Of a stretch of 46,397 bases of DNA, positions 1-12,506 are shown piece by piece. This DNA comes from Octopus sinensis (lineage: Eukaryota), in contig NW_021834655.1 in the NCBI RefSeq assembly GCF_006345805.1, forward strand, positions 1-46,397, given 5' to 3'. Under the pieces are notes generated by a model, which had not been told where the DNA came from, did not search any database, and was given only the letters and a program-made list of their open reading frames with translations. Each line of letters opens with the position of its first letter. The first letter of the stretch is position 1. Made by a program: the position numbers and the translations under genes.

Positions 1-310
1 TGTGTGTAAAATATATATATACAATATATATATATGTATATATGTTTATACATACATATATATATATAGATATATAAATATATATCTATATATATAATAT
101 GTATATGTAGTGTACGACATATATACGGGTATATACGAGTATATTTTATATATAATACCGGTTTGTGTGTGTGTATGTATATATACATATATATGAGTGA
201 GCACTTATGGGTGTCTGTATGTGTAAATATGTATATGTATGTATCTATCTATGTAAATATACATGAATATACATATGTATACACTTATATAACAATCATC
301 CCACAGAAAT

Positions 311-366
<56 letters not shown>

Positions 367-372
367 TATATA
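1..372. repeat. (TA)n/(TG)n/(CA)n compound microsatellite
   Basis: Direct reading; explains ORF 163..441. Confidence 0.95.
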
Positions 373-539
373 TATACAGTGATTTGCACACTTTTCTCAG
401 TTCCGTCTGTGAAAATAGTGAATGTGTTCAGTTATAACTGATTGAAGAATTCAACGATGCGAAATTCTGAAGAAATGGAATCATTTTTGAAATGCCGAGT
501 TCCGTTCAGGCGTAAACCACGTATTCTCTCCCCGAAACA

Positions 540-559
540 GTAGTAGCAGCAGTAGTAGT

Positions 560-590
<31 letters not shown>

Positions 591-591
591 T

Positions 592-625
<34 letters not shown>

Positions 626-1231
626 TCTTGTTGTTGTAATAGTAGTAGTAGTGGTTTTGGTGGTGATAGCGGTGGAGACTGTTTGGATCCGAAATGCCAT
701 AGTTGAAAATACTGTAGTCCTTTCGGTCGTCGCTAATGGGGCGGAGGATGTTAATGATGATGATGATGATGATGATGATGATCACGATGATGTTTATTCT
801 CGTGATGATGACGATGATGATGACGATGATGATGATAATTATAGTGATTATGATGGTCATAGTGACGATGATGATAATGATGATGATGATGATGATGATG
901 ATGTCGATGATGACGACAGCGATTGCGATGGCGACGACCATGGCGACGACCATGTGATGGTGGGGACAGCGGATGTGGCGATGAGAATGATGATGTCGAG
1001 GACGATGAAGAAGACGCCGATGAGAAGGAGCTGTTTGAGGAGGGAGACAACGATGATCACGATCATGATCATGATGACAACCACATCGAGGATCGCTGTG
1101 ATGCTGATGATGACGACGACGATGCTTTGATGATGACGGCTTTGATGATGATGATGATGATAATGGTGACGATGATAATGATGATGATGATGATGATGAT
1201 AATGATGATGATGATGATGATGGCGATGATT

Positions 1232-1266
<35 letters not shown>

Positions 1267-1386
1267 ATGATGATGGTGGTGGTGGTGGTGATGATGATGA
1301 TGTTGATGATGATGATGATGATGACGATGATGATAATGATGATGATGACGATGATGATGATGATGGTGGTGGTGGTGGTGATGGTG

Positions 1387-1418
<32 letters not shown>

Positions 1419-1495
1419 GATGCTGTTGATGATAATGATGATGATGATAGTGGTGATGGTGATGATAATGATGATAATGATGATGATACTTAGAA
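540..1495. repeat. (GTA/GCA)n followed by degenerate (GAT/GGT)n trinucleotide tract
   Basis: Direct reading; poly-D/M/H/I ORFs in several frames are repeat translations. Confidence 0.95.
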
Positions 1496-2009
1496 ACAGG
1501 TGACCTCGTTTCTTTTCTTTCGTTCCTGTTCCCCTCTATCTTTACCTCATGAGACAAGTTTTGTCCCATCCCCCGGCCCCTGGACTCCAAATGATTTTTT
1601 GCTCCTTCCATCGTAGCAATATAACGGAACGTTATTACTCTTAGTAGGGTGGTGGCCTTCACCCCCTAAGTCGTCATCTTTTGGCATTGAGGAGACGATG
1701 ATGCTTCTCTCTTTCTCCGTACAAATAACCAGTAATTTCAAAGAATTAACATTTTGTGATTACTGTAACGTGCTATTATTTCTGTCGGTTCAATTCCTAT
1801 CCGTTGCTTCAATCCTTCTTTCCCTCCTCTTTACTGCCTTCCTTCTTTCATTCATTCATTCTACTGCTCTTTCAAGGCCTCAAAAAGAATGTTATGAGAA
1901 GTTCTGGCACAGCCCTTTTGGCACCGCTCTACTAGCGGCGCTGATTCGACGCTGACTTATTAGACATCTGCTTTTGTAAAGTTTCTCACATTTTAGTGTT
2001 TCACTCGTT

Positions 2010-2011
2010 CC

Positions 2012-2045
<34 letters not shown>

Positions 2046-2269
2046 CTCTCTCTCTCTTTCTCTCTATCAACTATATATCTATCTGTCTGTCTTTCTCTCT
2101 CTTTCTCTCTCTCTTTCTCACTCTTTTCTCTCTCTCCCTCTCTATTTAAGTGTATGAGCATCTACTTATGTTTGTATGTATACAGAATATTTCTCTCCCG
2201 CCTCTCTGTTTTCTCTGTTCACGTGTGTGAACATCTAGTTACGTTTGAATGCGTATATAATCTCCCTCC

Positions 2270-2312
<43 letters not shown>

Positions 2313-2320
2313 ACTCTATC
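2010..2320. repeat. (CT)n tracts
   Basis: Direct reading. Confidence 0.9.
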
Positions 2321-2919
2321 TCTGTCTCTAGGTGTACATATAATACTTTTCCGCATGAGTGTCTGTCTGGTTTCTTCCCGTGCCAAAACGTACTTTCGCC
2401 AAAAAAACAGGCTTAATGTCCATCCAGTCAGCTTTGCCAAGTCAGCCGCAGGCCATCGTCTCATTCCTGAGACAGAAGCTCCCTAAGTGACACTGATTGC
2501 AGTTCAGAAATGCTGCTTTCTATTGCTTTCTCTTCTGATCTAAACATAGTAAATAAACATCACATATCCGGAACATAACAACACAAGGAACAGCAATAAG
2601 AAAACAGTTCTTCATTACAAACGACACGATGTCGTTCGGTCGGCCATTTTATCTACTTGACATCATCTGTGAACTTTTACTTGATTCAGTCATTAGACTG
2701 CGGCAATGCTGGGACACAGCTTTGAAGAATTTCTGATCGAATGGATAGACCCTAGTGCTCAGTTATTTTTGTAAAGCCCTGGCTCCTATTCTATCGAATG
2801 CGTCAGCAAAACCGCTAAGTTACGGGGTGTACACATACCAACAGCGGTTGTCAAGCGGTCGCAGCGACCACCAGACAAAAACATACACGCACACACACAC
2901 ACACATATATATATATAAA

Positions 2920-3106
2920 GGGAAAGTTTACGAAAATAAACAAGAGACGAAGACAGGTGGTGTACAAAACAAACAGGTGTATTAGTATAGCGCTCAAGAA
3001 TAGAAACAGTCTTTTACGTTTCGAGCCTACGCTCTTCGACAGAAAGATACACAGAAAAAAACAAGGAGAGAGAAAATGTGTGTAGTAGCTAACGTTCTAT
3101 CATGGC
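2920..3106 (-). mobile_element. Short Penelope-like/HHR-bearing element P1, copy 1, flanked by (TA)n
   Basis: Homologous inverted copy at 36951-37116; carries a hammerhead-like motif; Penelope assignment is inference. Confidence 0.6.
3010..3047 (-). ncRNA. Minimal type I hammerhead-like motif with variant core CUGUCGAA
   Basis: Minus strand: UCUUU-CUGUCGAA-GAGC(GUAG)GCUC-GAAA-C-GUA-AAAGA; stem I 5 bp, stem II 4 bp, palindromic ACGU stem III; A6 replaced by U. Confidence 0.5.
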
Positions 3107-3185
<79 letters not shown>

Positions 3186-3917
3186 CTAGGGATGGAGATG
3201 TAGAACGACAGTTAGCTTTTAGCAATCTGTTGTAAATATAAAAAATACAACTTTCAGGGACAATAGTGATTTATTGAGACGTAAGGTTCCGGATTTTGTA
3301 TATATACATATATATATATATATATGTATATATATATCGAGCTTCTTTCAGTTTCCGTCTACCAAATCCATTCACAAAGCCTTGGTCGTCTCGAGGCTAT
3401 AACAGGAGACACTTGCCCAAGATTCCCCGCAGTGGGATTGAACCCGAAACCATGTGGTTAGGAAGAAAACTTCTCACCTCACAGTCACAGTTCCAAACTA
3501 TGGCGACATTTCTACATGAAATCGGAGAAGTGAAAAGCATTATAAACAAGAAAATGGCACGCTCCATGACAAAGACCAGGCATTTCCAGAAAGGGAGTGT
3601 TATTGAAGTGGAATTATATTATAAATGGAATGAAAATTGTTCTTCTAACAAATGAGCATAGATCTGGTTTCCTCCAGGCGTTTCTGAATTCAAAATAAAT
3701 GAAGGATAAATCTGTTCTGACCTGCGCCACCACCAATCCCATAAACATTGAAAGTACTACCACCGTAACCATCATACCATCCATATGTCCAGTACTACCA
3801 CCACTAACAGCAATGGAATCATCACTACAAATACCGCAACAAGAAGAACAACGACAACACTACCATCGCAACCACTACACGACCAACACAAGCGCCATAG
3901 TATCAACATCAATAACA

Positions 3918-4110
3918 GTGGAGGCGCAATGGCCCAGTGGTTAGGGCAGCGGACTCGCGGTCGCAAGAACGCGGTTTCGATTCCCAGACCGGCCATTGTA
4001 AGAGTATATTGAGCGAAAACACCTAAGCTCCATGAGGCTCCGACGGGGAAGGGTTGAACCCCGCTGTACTCGTTTACCACAACTTTCTCTCACTCTTTCT
4101 TCCTACTTCT
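3918..4110 (+). mobile_element. SINE family C (tRNA-derived), 3'-truncated
   Basis: A box TGGCCCAGTGG, B-box-like GGTTTCGATTCC; homologous to 31039-31351 and 22224-22456. Confidence 0.8.
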
Positions 4111-4206
4111 GCCACAAAGCAGAGGAGCCATGGTGTAACCCACTATGGTGTGGTAAAGTTTCAGACCCTAGTCTAGATTGTGAATCCTCTGTACCCCAGG
4201 ATGGTT

Positions 4207-4469
4207 CAGCTCTCCACCCGTTAAAAGCCACCGTTTACGGAATGAGGATAACAACGTAGCTTTCGCGTCCATGCAACCGCCAGTCTATCGCGTGTGGTGG
4301 GTGGATCTTCAAGTTGCCACACGCATTCTTAGTAGCTTAGAGTAGGCTCAAATTAGAGATTATTCTTTGTGGCTAATGGCGTGAGTCCTGATTGGAAGAA
4401 GAAGAAGAAGAAGAAGAAGAAGAAGAAGAAGAAGAAGAAGAAGAAGAAGAAGAAGAAGAAGAAGAAGAA
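4207..4469 (+). mobile_element. Retroposon 3' end with (GAA)n tail, copy 1
   Basis: About 190 bp close match to the reverse complement of 18637-18835; both end in a GAA tail; family unassigned. Confidence 0.6.
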
Positions 4470-4592
4470 ATCAACTACAAATCTAACACGCCAGCAACAC
4501 TATAAACAATACCAACACCACCAAGAATTCCTATACTACCATGACCGTTAACCCCTTCATCGACTGCAGTCACAGGTATTGCTCCCGTTGTT

Positions 4593-4933
4593 CTTTACTC
4601 ATTTACTCTTTTACTCTTTTACTTGTTTCAGTCATTTGACTGCGGCCATGCTGGAGCACCGCCTTTAGTCGAGCAAATCGACCCCGGGACTTATTCTTTG
4701 TAAGCCCAGTACTTATTCAATCAGTCACTTTTGCCGAACCGCTAAGTGACGGGGACGTAAACACACCAGCATCGGTTGTCAAGCAATGCTAGGGGTACAA
4801 ACACAGACACACAAACACACACACATACATATATATATAAACATATATACGACAGGCTTATTTCAGTTTCCGTCTACCAAATCCACTCACAAGGCACTGG
4901 TCGGCCCGGAGCTATAGCAGAAGACACTTGCCC
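4593..4933 (-). mobile_element. SINE family A, 5'-truncated, (GAGTAAAA)n tail
   Basis: Matches other family A copies. Confidence 0.85.
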
Positions 4934-5430
4934 TTCCTTTAATTCCCATTATTTGAAGTTCAAATCCCACCAAGATTAACTTTGTTGTCAAGGAGTTTTC
5001 CAAAATGTTTTCACAGACAAAGAATTGACTTTAAAAATGACACGGGGTGTCTTTGAATATCGCTGAGACAGAGAAAGAATTATACGATGAACGATGCCAA
5101 ATTTCGATAGAATTTATGAATGAAAATTTTTAAAAATCATACGGAGCTTTGCCTGTAGATACAAGAGATGAAAGTATATAAATTCTAAGTATTTTGCATA
5201 GAAATATTTTTTAAGTCTTCAAGCGAGGAATGGAAGTTAAATATAGAAACGGAAGAAAATTATATTATTAAATTGCCAAATACTTGATAATGTTTCTGAT
5301 TAAAAGTACTTTTAGAATAAAAGGCAAAAAAACATAGTTCATAATCTAATTTTGCTCAATAGCTGTTTCTTTGACAATAAATCTTATTATTATGTAATTA
5401 AGATACATAATTATCTAATTAATTTTTAAA

Positions 5431-5820
5431 GCCGGTGAGCTGGTAGAAAATTTAGCACGCCGGGCGAAATGCTTAGTGTTATTTCGTCTGTCTTTATGTT
5501 CTGAGTTCAAATTCCGCTGAGGTCGACTTTGCCTTTCATCCTTAAGTACCAGTTACGCACTGGGGTCGATGTAATTGACTTAATTCCTTTGTCTGTCCTT
5601 GTTTGTCCCCTCTATGTTTAGCCCCTTGTGGGCAATAAAGAAACAAGAAACTTTAGCACGCCGGGAGAAATGCTTAGCGTTATTTCGTCTGTGTTCTGAG
5701 TTCAAATTCCGCTGAGGTCGACTTTGCTTTTCATCTTTCGGGTCGATAAATTAAGTAGCAGTTGCGTACTGGGAGCGATCTATTCGACTGCCCCTCTCGC
5801 CCCAAATTTCAGATTTCCAC
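5431..5820 (+). mobile_element. Two tandem SINE family B copies (tRNA head plus Meta-like domain)
   Basis: A/B boxes (GAGCTGGTAG, GAGTTCAAATTCC) and GCCTTTCATCC...GGTCGATAAA block; second copy starts at about 5646. Confidence 0.85.
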
Positions 5821-5989
5821 TTTAGCAATAGTAACTTGTCGCTTGAAGGCCAACATTGTTCAGGGCAACCGTCGACCTCCCGAACGAATGAAAATTCATG
5901 AACTGATCTTGGAGCACAATCACCGAAGAATTGATGTACTTGGTGATATGACAGGTGTGTGCAGGATAAATTTTATCACCTTCAAAGGT

Positions 5990-6967
5990 CACTGAGATTT
6001 ACCTTCTCGAACGCAACACTCTTCTTTAAATCTCTCTTTAATCATTAAGGTGTTATCCTGCCCTCTTCAAACGCTTTCACTCCACTCCATATTTGTGTTC
6101 GCCATCTAACTCTATTCGAAACAAGGGTTTCTATTACTCCATAGTAGTCCTTAAGCCGAAGTGGCTTCATGGTAGTTATTATGCCGTCTTTAAACCTCTT
6201 TTTAGGTTTACACCGATTGCGTTTCCCCTCTGCAATCTCGCCATAAAACAGCTTTTTGGGTGTGCGTTCATCCACCATTCCAACAATATGGCCAGACCAT
6301 CTCATTTCGTTTTTCAGAATCATTGATTTAATTGAAGTGATGCCTAAGACGCAAAGACATCTGTGTCTGGAGTAAAAAAAAAAGCCCCATTTAATGTTTA
6401 AAATACGGCGAAGACAATTTTGGTGGAATTGTTCTAACAATTTGAAATGTCTTTCAAAACACGTCCATGTTCTGGGCAACATCTTTTCCTTAGAATTCCT
6501 TAGAATTAACCAAAGAGCATTTCGATTAACAGTATCGAATGCCTTGCTTCAATCAACAGAGCAATGGTATAGGGCAAGATTCTGTTCAATGAACTTTTCT
6601 TGAAATTGTCTGATACTAAAGATACGATCAACTGTACCCCTGGAGGAACGGTAACCACATTATGATTCATACACTATATTTGAAACCATGAAGGTTTTTA
6701 CACGTTCTAACAGAATGCAGACAAGTACCTTTCCAACTACAGACAAAAGCAAAATCCCACGAAAATTATCACACAGATCTTTTGGCCCCAATTTTTACAA
6801 AGAAACTATAATGGCATCAATCCAGTCTTGCGGCACTTACTTAGATCTCCAACAGTGACAAATTGATATATTTGGGAGTTCAAACATTTTGTCACCCCCA
6901 TATTTCAAGACCTCTGCACAGATTCCATCAGAACCTGGCGACTCATTACTGTTCAGCTGATCACTTA
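5990..6967 (-). mobile_element. Decayed RTE-clade LINE ORF fragment (endonuclease-RT linker, RT start, C-terminal region) with internal deletion
   Basis: Translates to SPGSDGICAEVLKYGG, NFRGILLLSVVGKV, SKAFDTVNRNALW, TWTCFERHFKLLEQFHQNCLRRILNIKW, MRWSGHIVGM, PKKLFYGEI..GKRNRCKPKKRFKD; stops and frameshifts present. Confidence 0.9.
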
Positions 6968-6970
6968 GCC

Positions 6971-7030
6971 GTACTGATCTCGAAACATCGTGGTTGTCAA
7001 ACGAACGCCTTAACCACTGAGCCATGCCGC
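6971..7030 (-). mobile_element. Isolated tRNA-like SINE head abutting the RTE fragment
   Basis: TGGCTCAGTGG A box and GTTTCGAGATC B-box-like motif at tRNA spacing. Confidence 0.5.
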
Positions 7031-7377
7031 AGTCTACATGAAATAAAGTATTTTTTAATAAAGACTTTTAGTTAAACAATATTAAATGATTATTTATTAG
7101 GCCTCCGCTGAGAAAGACAAACTATATTACAATAATTTACCCAATTAATAAGCGCCTAATATAACATCTATTTCTCTGAAAATGAAAATAGTGGTAAAGT
7201 TTAATAATTTTCTAATTCTATCAAAGACACTTTGTGTTTAAACTAAATATATTTTATATTAAAGATAGCATTTTAAATGGACAAACAAATTAAATTGAAA
7301 ATTTTACCAACCTCTTGGCGTCAGCTAAGCGATGCTTATCATGTTCATTTAATATTACCATTAATGTGATGGACTAG

Positions 7378-7535
7378 GCCGGTAGGTTTGCAGAATGGTT
7401 AGAGCGTCGGACAAAATGAATTTTAGCGTTTATTCCAGTTCCTTAGACTTTGGTTTCAAATCCTGTTATGGTTTAATTTTGATTATCATTCCTCCGGGAT
7501 CAACAAAATCAAGTGCCAGTGAAATACTGGGAAGT
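7378..7535 (+). mobile_element. Old SINE family B copy
   Basis: Diverged match to the family B head and Meta-like block. Confidence 0.55.
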
Positions 7536-7670
7536 CTCTAGTCGTGTAGCACACTGTTATTTCAACATTACTTGTTACTGATTGTTCTGCAAGAGCGGAC
7601 AGTAGCCTGTTATCAGAGGTCTCGCAGGCTCTCTTTCCGCACATTATAAGCTTTGATAATTATAATTGGT

Positions 7671-8033
7671 TACTCTTTTACTTTTTTCAATCATTTTGAC
7701 TGTGGCCATGCTGGAGAAAATCGACCCCAGGACTTATTCTTTGTAAGCATAGAAATTACTCTATCGATCTCTTTTGCCGAACGGCTAAACACAACAGCAT
7801 CGGTTGTTAAGCGATGTTGGGAGGACAAACACCGACACACAAACATATACACACACACATATATATATACGACGGGCTTGTTTCAGTTTCAGTCTACCAA
7901 ATCCACTCACAAGGCTTTGGTTGGCCCAAGGCTATAGTAGAAAACACGTGTCCAATGTTCCACGCAGTGGGACTGAACCCGGGACCATGTGGTTGGTAAG
8001 CAAGCTACTTACCACACAGTCACTCCTGCGCCT
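7671..8033 (-). mobile_element. SINE family A, near full length
   Basis: tRNA head AGGCGCAGGAGTGACTGTGTGGTAAG with B box GGGTTCAGTCCC; internal CA/TA tract. Confidence 0.9.
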
Positions 8034-8060
8034 TTATATATACATATATATATTTATATA

Positions 8061-8485
8061 TTCTCTTCTACTCTCTTTTACTTGTTTCGGTCATTTGACT
8101 GCGGCCATGCTGGAGCACCGCCTTTAATCGAGCAACTCGACCCTGGGACTTATTCTTTAGTAAGCCCAGTACTTATTCTATCGGTCTATTTTGCCGAACC
8201 GCTAAGTGACGGGGCCATAAACACACCAGCATCGGTTGTCAAGCAATGCTAGGGGGACAAACACAGACACACAAACACACACACATACACACATATATAT
8301 ATATATATATATACATATATACGACGGGCTTCTTTCAGTTTCCGTCTACCAAATCCACTCACGAGTCTTTGGTCGGCCCGAAGCTATACTAGAAGACACT
8401 TGGCCAAGATGCCACGCAGTGGGACTGAACCGGTAACCACGTGGTTCGTAAGCAAGCTACCTACCACACAGCCACTCCTACGCCT
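8061..8485 (-). mobile_element. SINE family A, full length, tandem to the previous copy
   Basis: Same head, CORE-like block, internal microsatellite and tail. Confidence 0.9.
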
Positions 8486-8839
8486 GTTAATTATCGTTGA
8501 AGACATTCAACACTCAAGCACCAATCTCAAAAATCCTAACTGTCCCCAACAGACCAGTTTATTTTAGTCTTCATCTGCTCTCACCTCAAAAACCGATTTC
8601 TTCATCTTATTATTAGTCTATTGTTTAATCGATTTTTGTGTTCAAACCCACGTCTCTCTAGTTTTGTACGGTGCCTATTTATTTTGTGTTCCGCCCTTAT
8701 GGCCAATAAAAGAAACGATTATTATTATCATCATAGATTTTTCTGTCGTTTCTGCTAATTTTCCTGCTCTTCTTACCATTGAGAGCAATACCATTGTTAT
8801 TCTTGTTGCCGTTGGTGCACTTTCAATATTCCACTATTG

Positions 8840-8852
8840 TTACCATTATTAC

Positions 8853-8901
<49 letters not shown>

Positions 8902-9330
8902 ATTATTATTATTATTATTATTATTATTATCATCATCATCCTCATCATTATTATTATTATTATTATTATCAGTATTATTATTATTATTATTATTATCATC
9001 ATCATCATCATCATCATTATTAAAATTATTATTATTATTATTATTATTATCATCATCATCATAATCATCATCATTATTATTATTATTATTATTATCATCA
9101 TCATCATCATCATCATTATTATTATTATTATTATCAGTATTATTATTATTATATTATTATTATTATCATCATCATCATCATCATCATCATATCATCATCA
9201 TTATTATATTATTATATCATCATCATCATCATCATTATATATTATTATTATTATCAGTATTATTATTATTATTATTATTTTATCATCATCATCATCATCA
9301 TCATCATCATTATATTATATTATTATTATC

Positions 9331-9365
<35 letters not shown>

Positions 9366-9483
9366 CATCATCATCCATCATCATTCATTATTATTATTAT
9401 CAGTGTATTATTATTATTATTATTATTATTATATCATCATCATCATCATCATCATCATCATTATTATTATTATTATTATTATC

Positions 9484-9545
<62 letters not shown>

Positions 9546-9681
9546 TATTATTATTATTATTATCATCATCATCATCATCATTATTATTATTATTATTATT
9601 ATCAGTATTATTATTATTATTATTATTATTATCATCATCATCATCATCATCATCATCATTATTATTATTATTATTATTATC

Positions 9682-9716
<35 letters not shown>

Positions 9717-9965
9717 CATCATCATCATCATCATCATTATTATTATTATTATTATCAGTATTTATTATTATTATTATTATTATATTATTATCATATCATC
9801 ATCATCATCATCATCATCATCATTATTATTATTATTATTATCATCATTCATCATTATTATTATTATTATTATCATCATATCATCATCATCATTATTATTA
9901 TTATTACTATTAATATTATTACTATTATCATCATCATCATCATTATTATTATCATGATTATTATA

Positions 9966-10003
<38 letters not shown>

Positions 10004-10005
10004 CG

Positions 10006-10036
<31 letters not shown>

Positions 10037-10038
10037 CG

Positions 10039-10069
<31 letters not shown>

Positions 10070-10110
10070 ATTATTATTATTATTGTAGTTGTTGTTGTTC
10101 TTGTTGTTGC
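8840..10110. repeat. (ATT)n/(ATC)n compound microsatellite
   Basis: Direct reading; poly-Ile ORF 8779..9957 is a repeat translation. Confidence 0.97.
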
Positions 10111-10319
10111 TATCTCGTGTCCTTTACCATTTTATTTTTCGTTGATTTTAGATATTAAAAAAAAAATTATATTCTATTCTGCAATGGTTGATTTTCATTT
10201 ATTTTTTTTTTATTTTTTTTGTATTTCTTTTATTCTCCTGTATCTACTTTTCATCAAAATGTCTTCTTATTTCACCGACGTCTGGTTATATTGACAATCT
10301 TGTCAATGCATCTACCACA

Positions 10320-10350
10320 AGAACCACCGCTACCACCACCACCACTACTG

Positions 10351-10381
<31 letters not shown>

Positions 10382-10610
10382 AACTTCTACTACTACTACT
10401 ACTACCAATAATAATAATAATAGTAATAATAATAATAACAACAACAACAGCAATAATAATAATAATGGCTTAAAATTTTGGCTCAGGACCAGCAGTTTTG
10501 GAGGGAAGTGTAAGTGGATTATACCAAACCCAGTTAATAATAATAATAATAATAATAACAACAACAACAACAATAATAATCATAATAATAATAATAACAA
10601 TAATAATAAC

Positions 10611-10655
<45 letters not shown>
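10320..10655. repeat. (ACT/ACC)n and (AAT/AAC)n tracts with a short SINE-like fragment at about 10465-10535
   Basis: Direct reading. Confidence 0.85.
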
Positions 10656-10656
<1 letters not shown>

Positions 10657-11440
10657 TGCTCTTATGCACTACCTTAATGCCTTGAGGCAGTACCAGGCAG
10701 TGGCTCTCATGGCTTCTGATCTTAACTGATTGGAAGTGTTATCCCGTACATTGTTTTGTCTTGGTATAAAAGACGGGCTACAACAAATATTCTGCTCAAT
10801 ACCACAGCTTTGCTTGTCAGTTGTTTGACTTTAACCAGTTGAGCATGTCCCTTCGTGGCTGACAATATGTGCATCTCTAATCACGAGCAGAAGTAGTGGG
10901 AGAGCATCACAGTCGTGTTGAGAGGAATTCTTAAGGGTATGAATAATATACTTCGATAAACATGTATTTCTTTACTACCCACAAGGGGCTAAACACAGAG
11001 AGGACAAACAAGGAGAGACAAACGGATTAAGTCGATTATATCGACCCCAGTGCGTAACTGGTACTTATTTAGTCGACCCCGAAAGGATGAAAGGCAAAGT
11101 CGACCCCGGCGGAATTTGAACTCAGAACGTAACGGCAGACGAAATACGGCTACGTATTTCGCCCGGCGTGCTAACGCTTCTGCCAGCTCGCCGCGTTCGG
11201 TAAACATGAGTGTTTCGTTCAGCATCCATCGACGACCTTTATTCGGGGACCTTTTGAGCTGCAGGGTCATGCGCTGTTGATCTTGCCATCATATCACCAT
11301 GTCGCGCACGCATGGTTGTGACGCATGTACCTAGTGTACCCTTATCAGACGGGTAGTCATGATGGGTATACTGGGCTTCGTAGATTTTACCCCAGTGTCA
11401 CTTTGATGGTATGCACTGCACTCTCACTCAATAATAATAA
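10656..11440. mobile_element. Unclassified, probably interspersed element embedded in (AAT)n and interrupted by a SINE
   Basis: Complex sequence with sharp (AAT)n borders on both sides; the SINE TSD shows both halves were contiguous; only one copy in the window. Confidence 0.4.
10965..11195 (-). mobile_element. SINE family B, full length, 13-bp TSD
   Basis: TTCG(A/G)TAAACATG at 10952-10964 and 11196-11208. Confidence 0.92.
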
Positions 11441-12447
11441 TAATGATGATGGTGATGATTATGATGATAATGATGATGATGAGGAGGAGGAGGGGGAGGA
11501 GGAGGAGGATGACATTATGACAAGGCTTCTGTTCCAATTGCAGTTGCACTTTGGGATTCTTGTTACTGCAATTCCTGTTCTTTTTGTTGCCATCGTCGTT
11601 GATTTCATTGCCTGCCTACCTTATTGTCGCCCATTCTGCATTCTCTTCTTCTTCTTCTTCTTCTTCTTCTTCTTCTTCTTCTTCTCCTTCTCCTCCTCCT
11701 TTTACTCGTTTTTCTTCAACTTCTTTTTCTTCTTTTTCTTCCTCTTCTCCTCCTCTTCCTCAGCCTCCTTCTTCTCCTACTTCTTTTTCTTCTTCTACTT
11801 TTTCATCATCATCATCATCATCATCTTCTTCTTCTTCTTCAAGCATTTCTTTTATTTCTTTTTTCTTCTTCCTCCTCCTACTTCTCCTATTTCTACTTCT
11901 CCTCCTCCTCCTCCTTCTTCTCTTTCTCCTCCTCCTCCTTCTTCTCCTTCTCATCCTCCTCCTTCTTCTCCTACTTCTTTTTCTTCTACTTTTTCATCAT
12001 CATCATCATCATCTTCACGCATTTCTTTTACTTCTTTTTCTTCTACTCTCCTTCTTCTCCTTCTTCTTCGTCTTCTTCTTCTTCTCCTTCTCCTCCTCCT
12101 CCTTCTTCTCCTACTTCTTTTTCTTCTTCTACTTTTTCATCATCTCATCATCATCATCATCATCATCATCTTCTTCTTCACGCATTTCTTTTACTTCTTT
12201 TTCTTCTTCTCCTCCTACTTCTCCTATTTCTAATTCTACTTCTCCTTCTTCCATTTCTCGCATTTTTTATCCTTCTTCTTCTACTTCTTCTTCTTCTTCT
12301 CGCATTTTTTCTCCTTCTTCTTATACATCTTCTTCTTCTTCTTGTTCAATCTTTCTTCATCTTTCTTCTTCTTCCGCTTCGTCTCTTCTTCTTCCTCCTT
12401 AAACTTCATCGTAAATATTTCTGCCATTTCATTCAGTAGTACACCAA

Positions 12448-12506
<59 letters not shown>

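Larger units (their letters stand above)
2674..3490 (-). mobile_element. SINE family A (tRNA head, CORE-like), split at its internal CA/TA microsatellite by later insertions (about 2920-3295)
   Basis: 3' half 2674-2915 and 5' half 3296-3490 match the continuous copies at 8061-8485 and 41698-42095. Confidence 0.85.

Noticed and set aside
465-505. CTGAAGA...GAAA hammerhead-like words on the plus strand
   Set aside because: Stem II, stem III and stem I do not close properly; chance match
451-543. Peptide MRNSEEMESFLKCRVPFRRKPRILSPKQ resembling a homeodomain N-terminal arm (RRKPR)
   Set aside because: Stop follows immediately; no helix 1-3 sequence or splice donor
2630-2660. Minus-strand AAAATGGCCG (YY1/Kozak-like start)
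   Set aside because: ORF stops after 10 codons
3918-3995. tRNA-like sequences here and at other SINE heads
   Set aside because: No complete cloverleaf or acceptor stem; they continue into SINE bodies
4985-5290. Coding-like fragments (IAETEKELYDERCQISIEF)
   Set aside because: Stops throughout; no recognisable homology
8779-9957. 392-aa poly-Ile ORF and similar poly-S/L/Y/H/M ORFs across the window
   Set aside because: Pure translations of microsatellites
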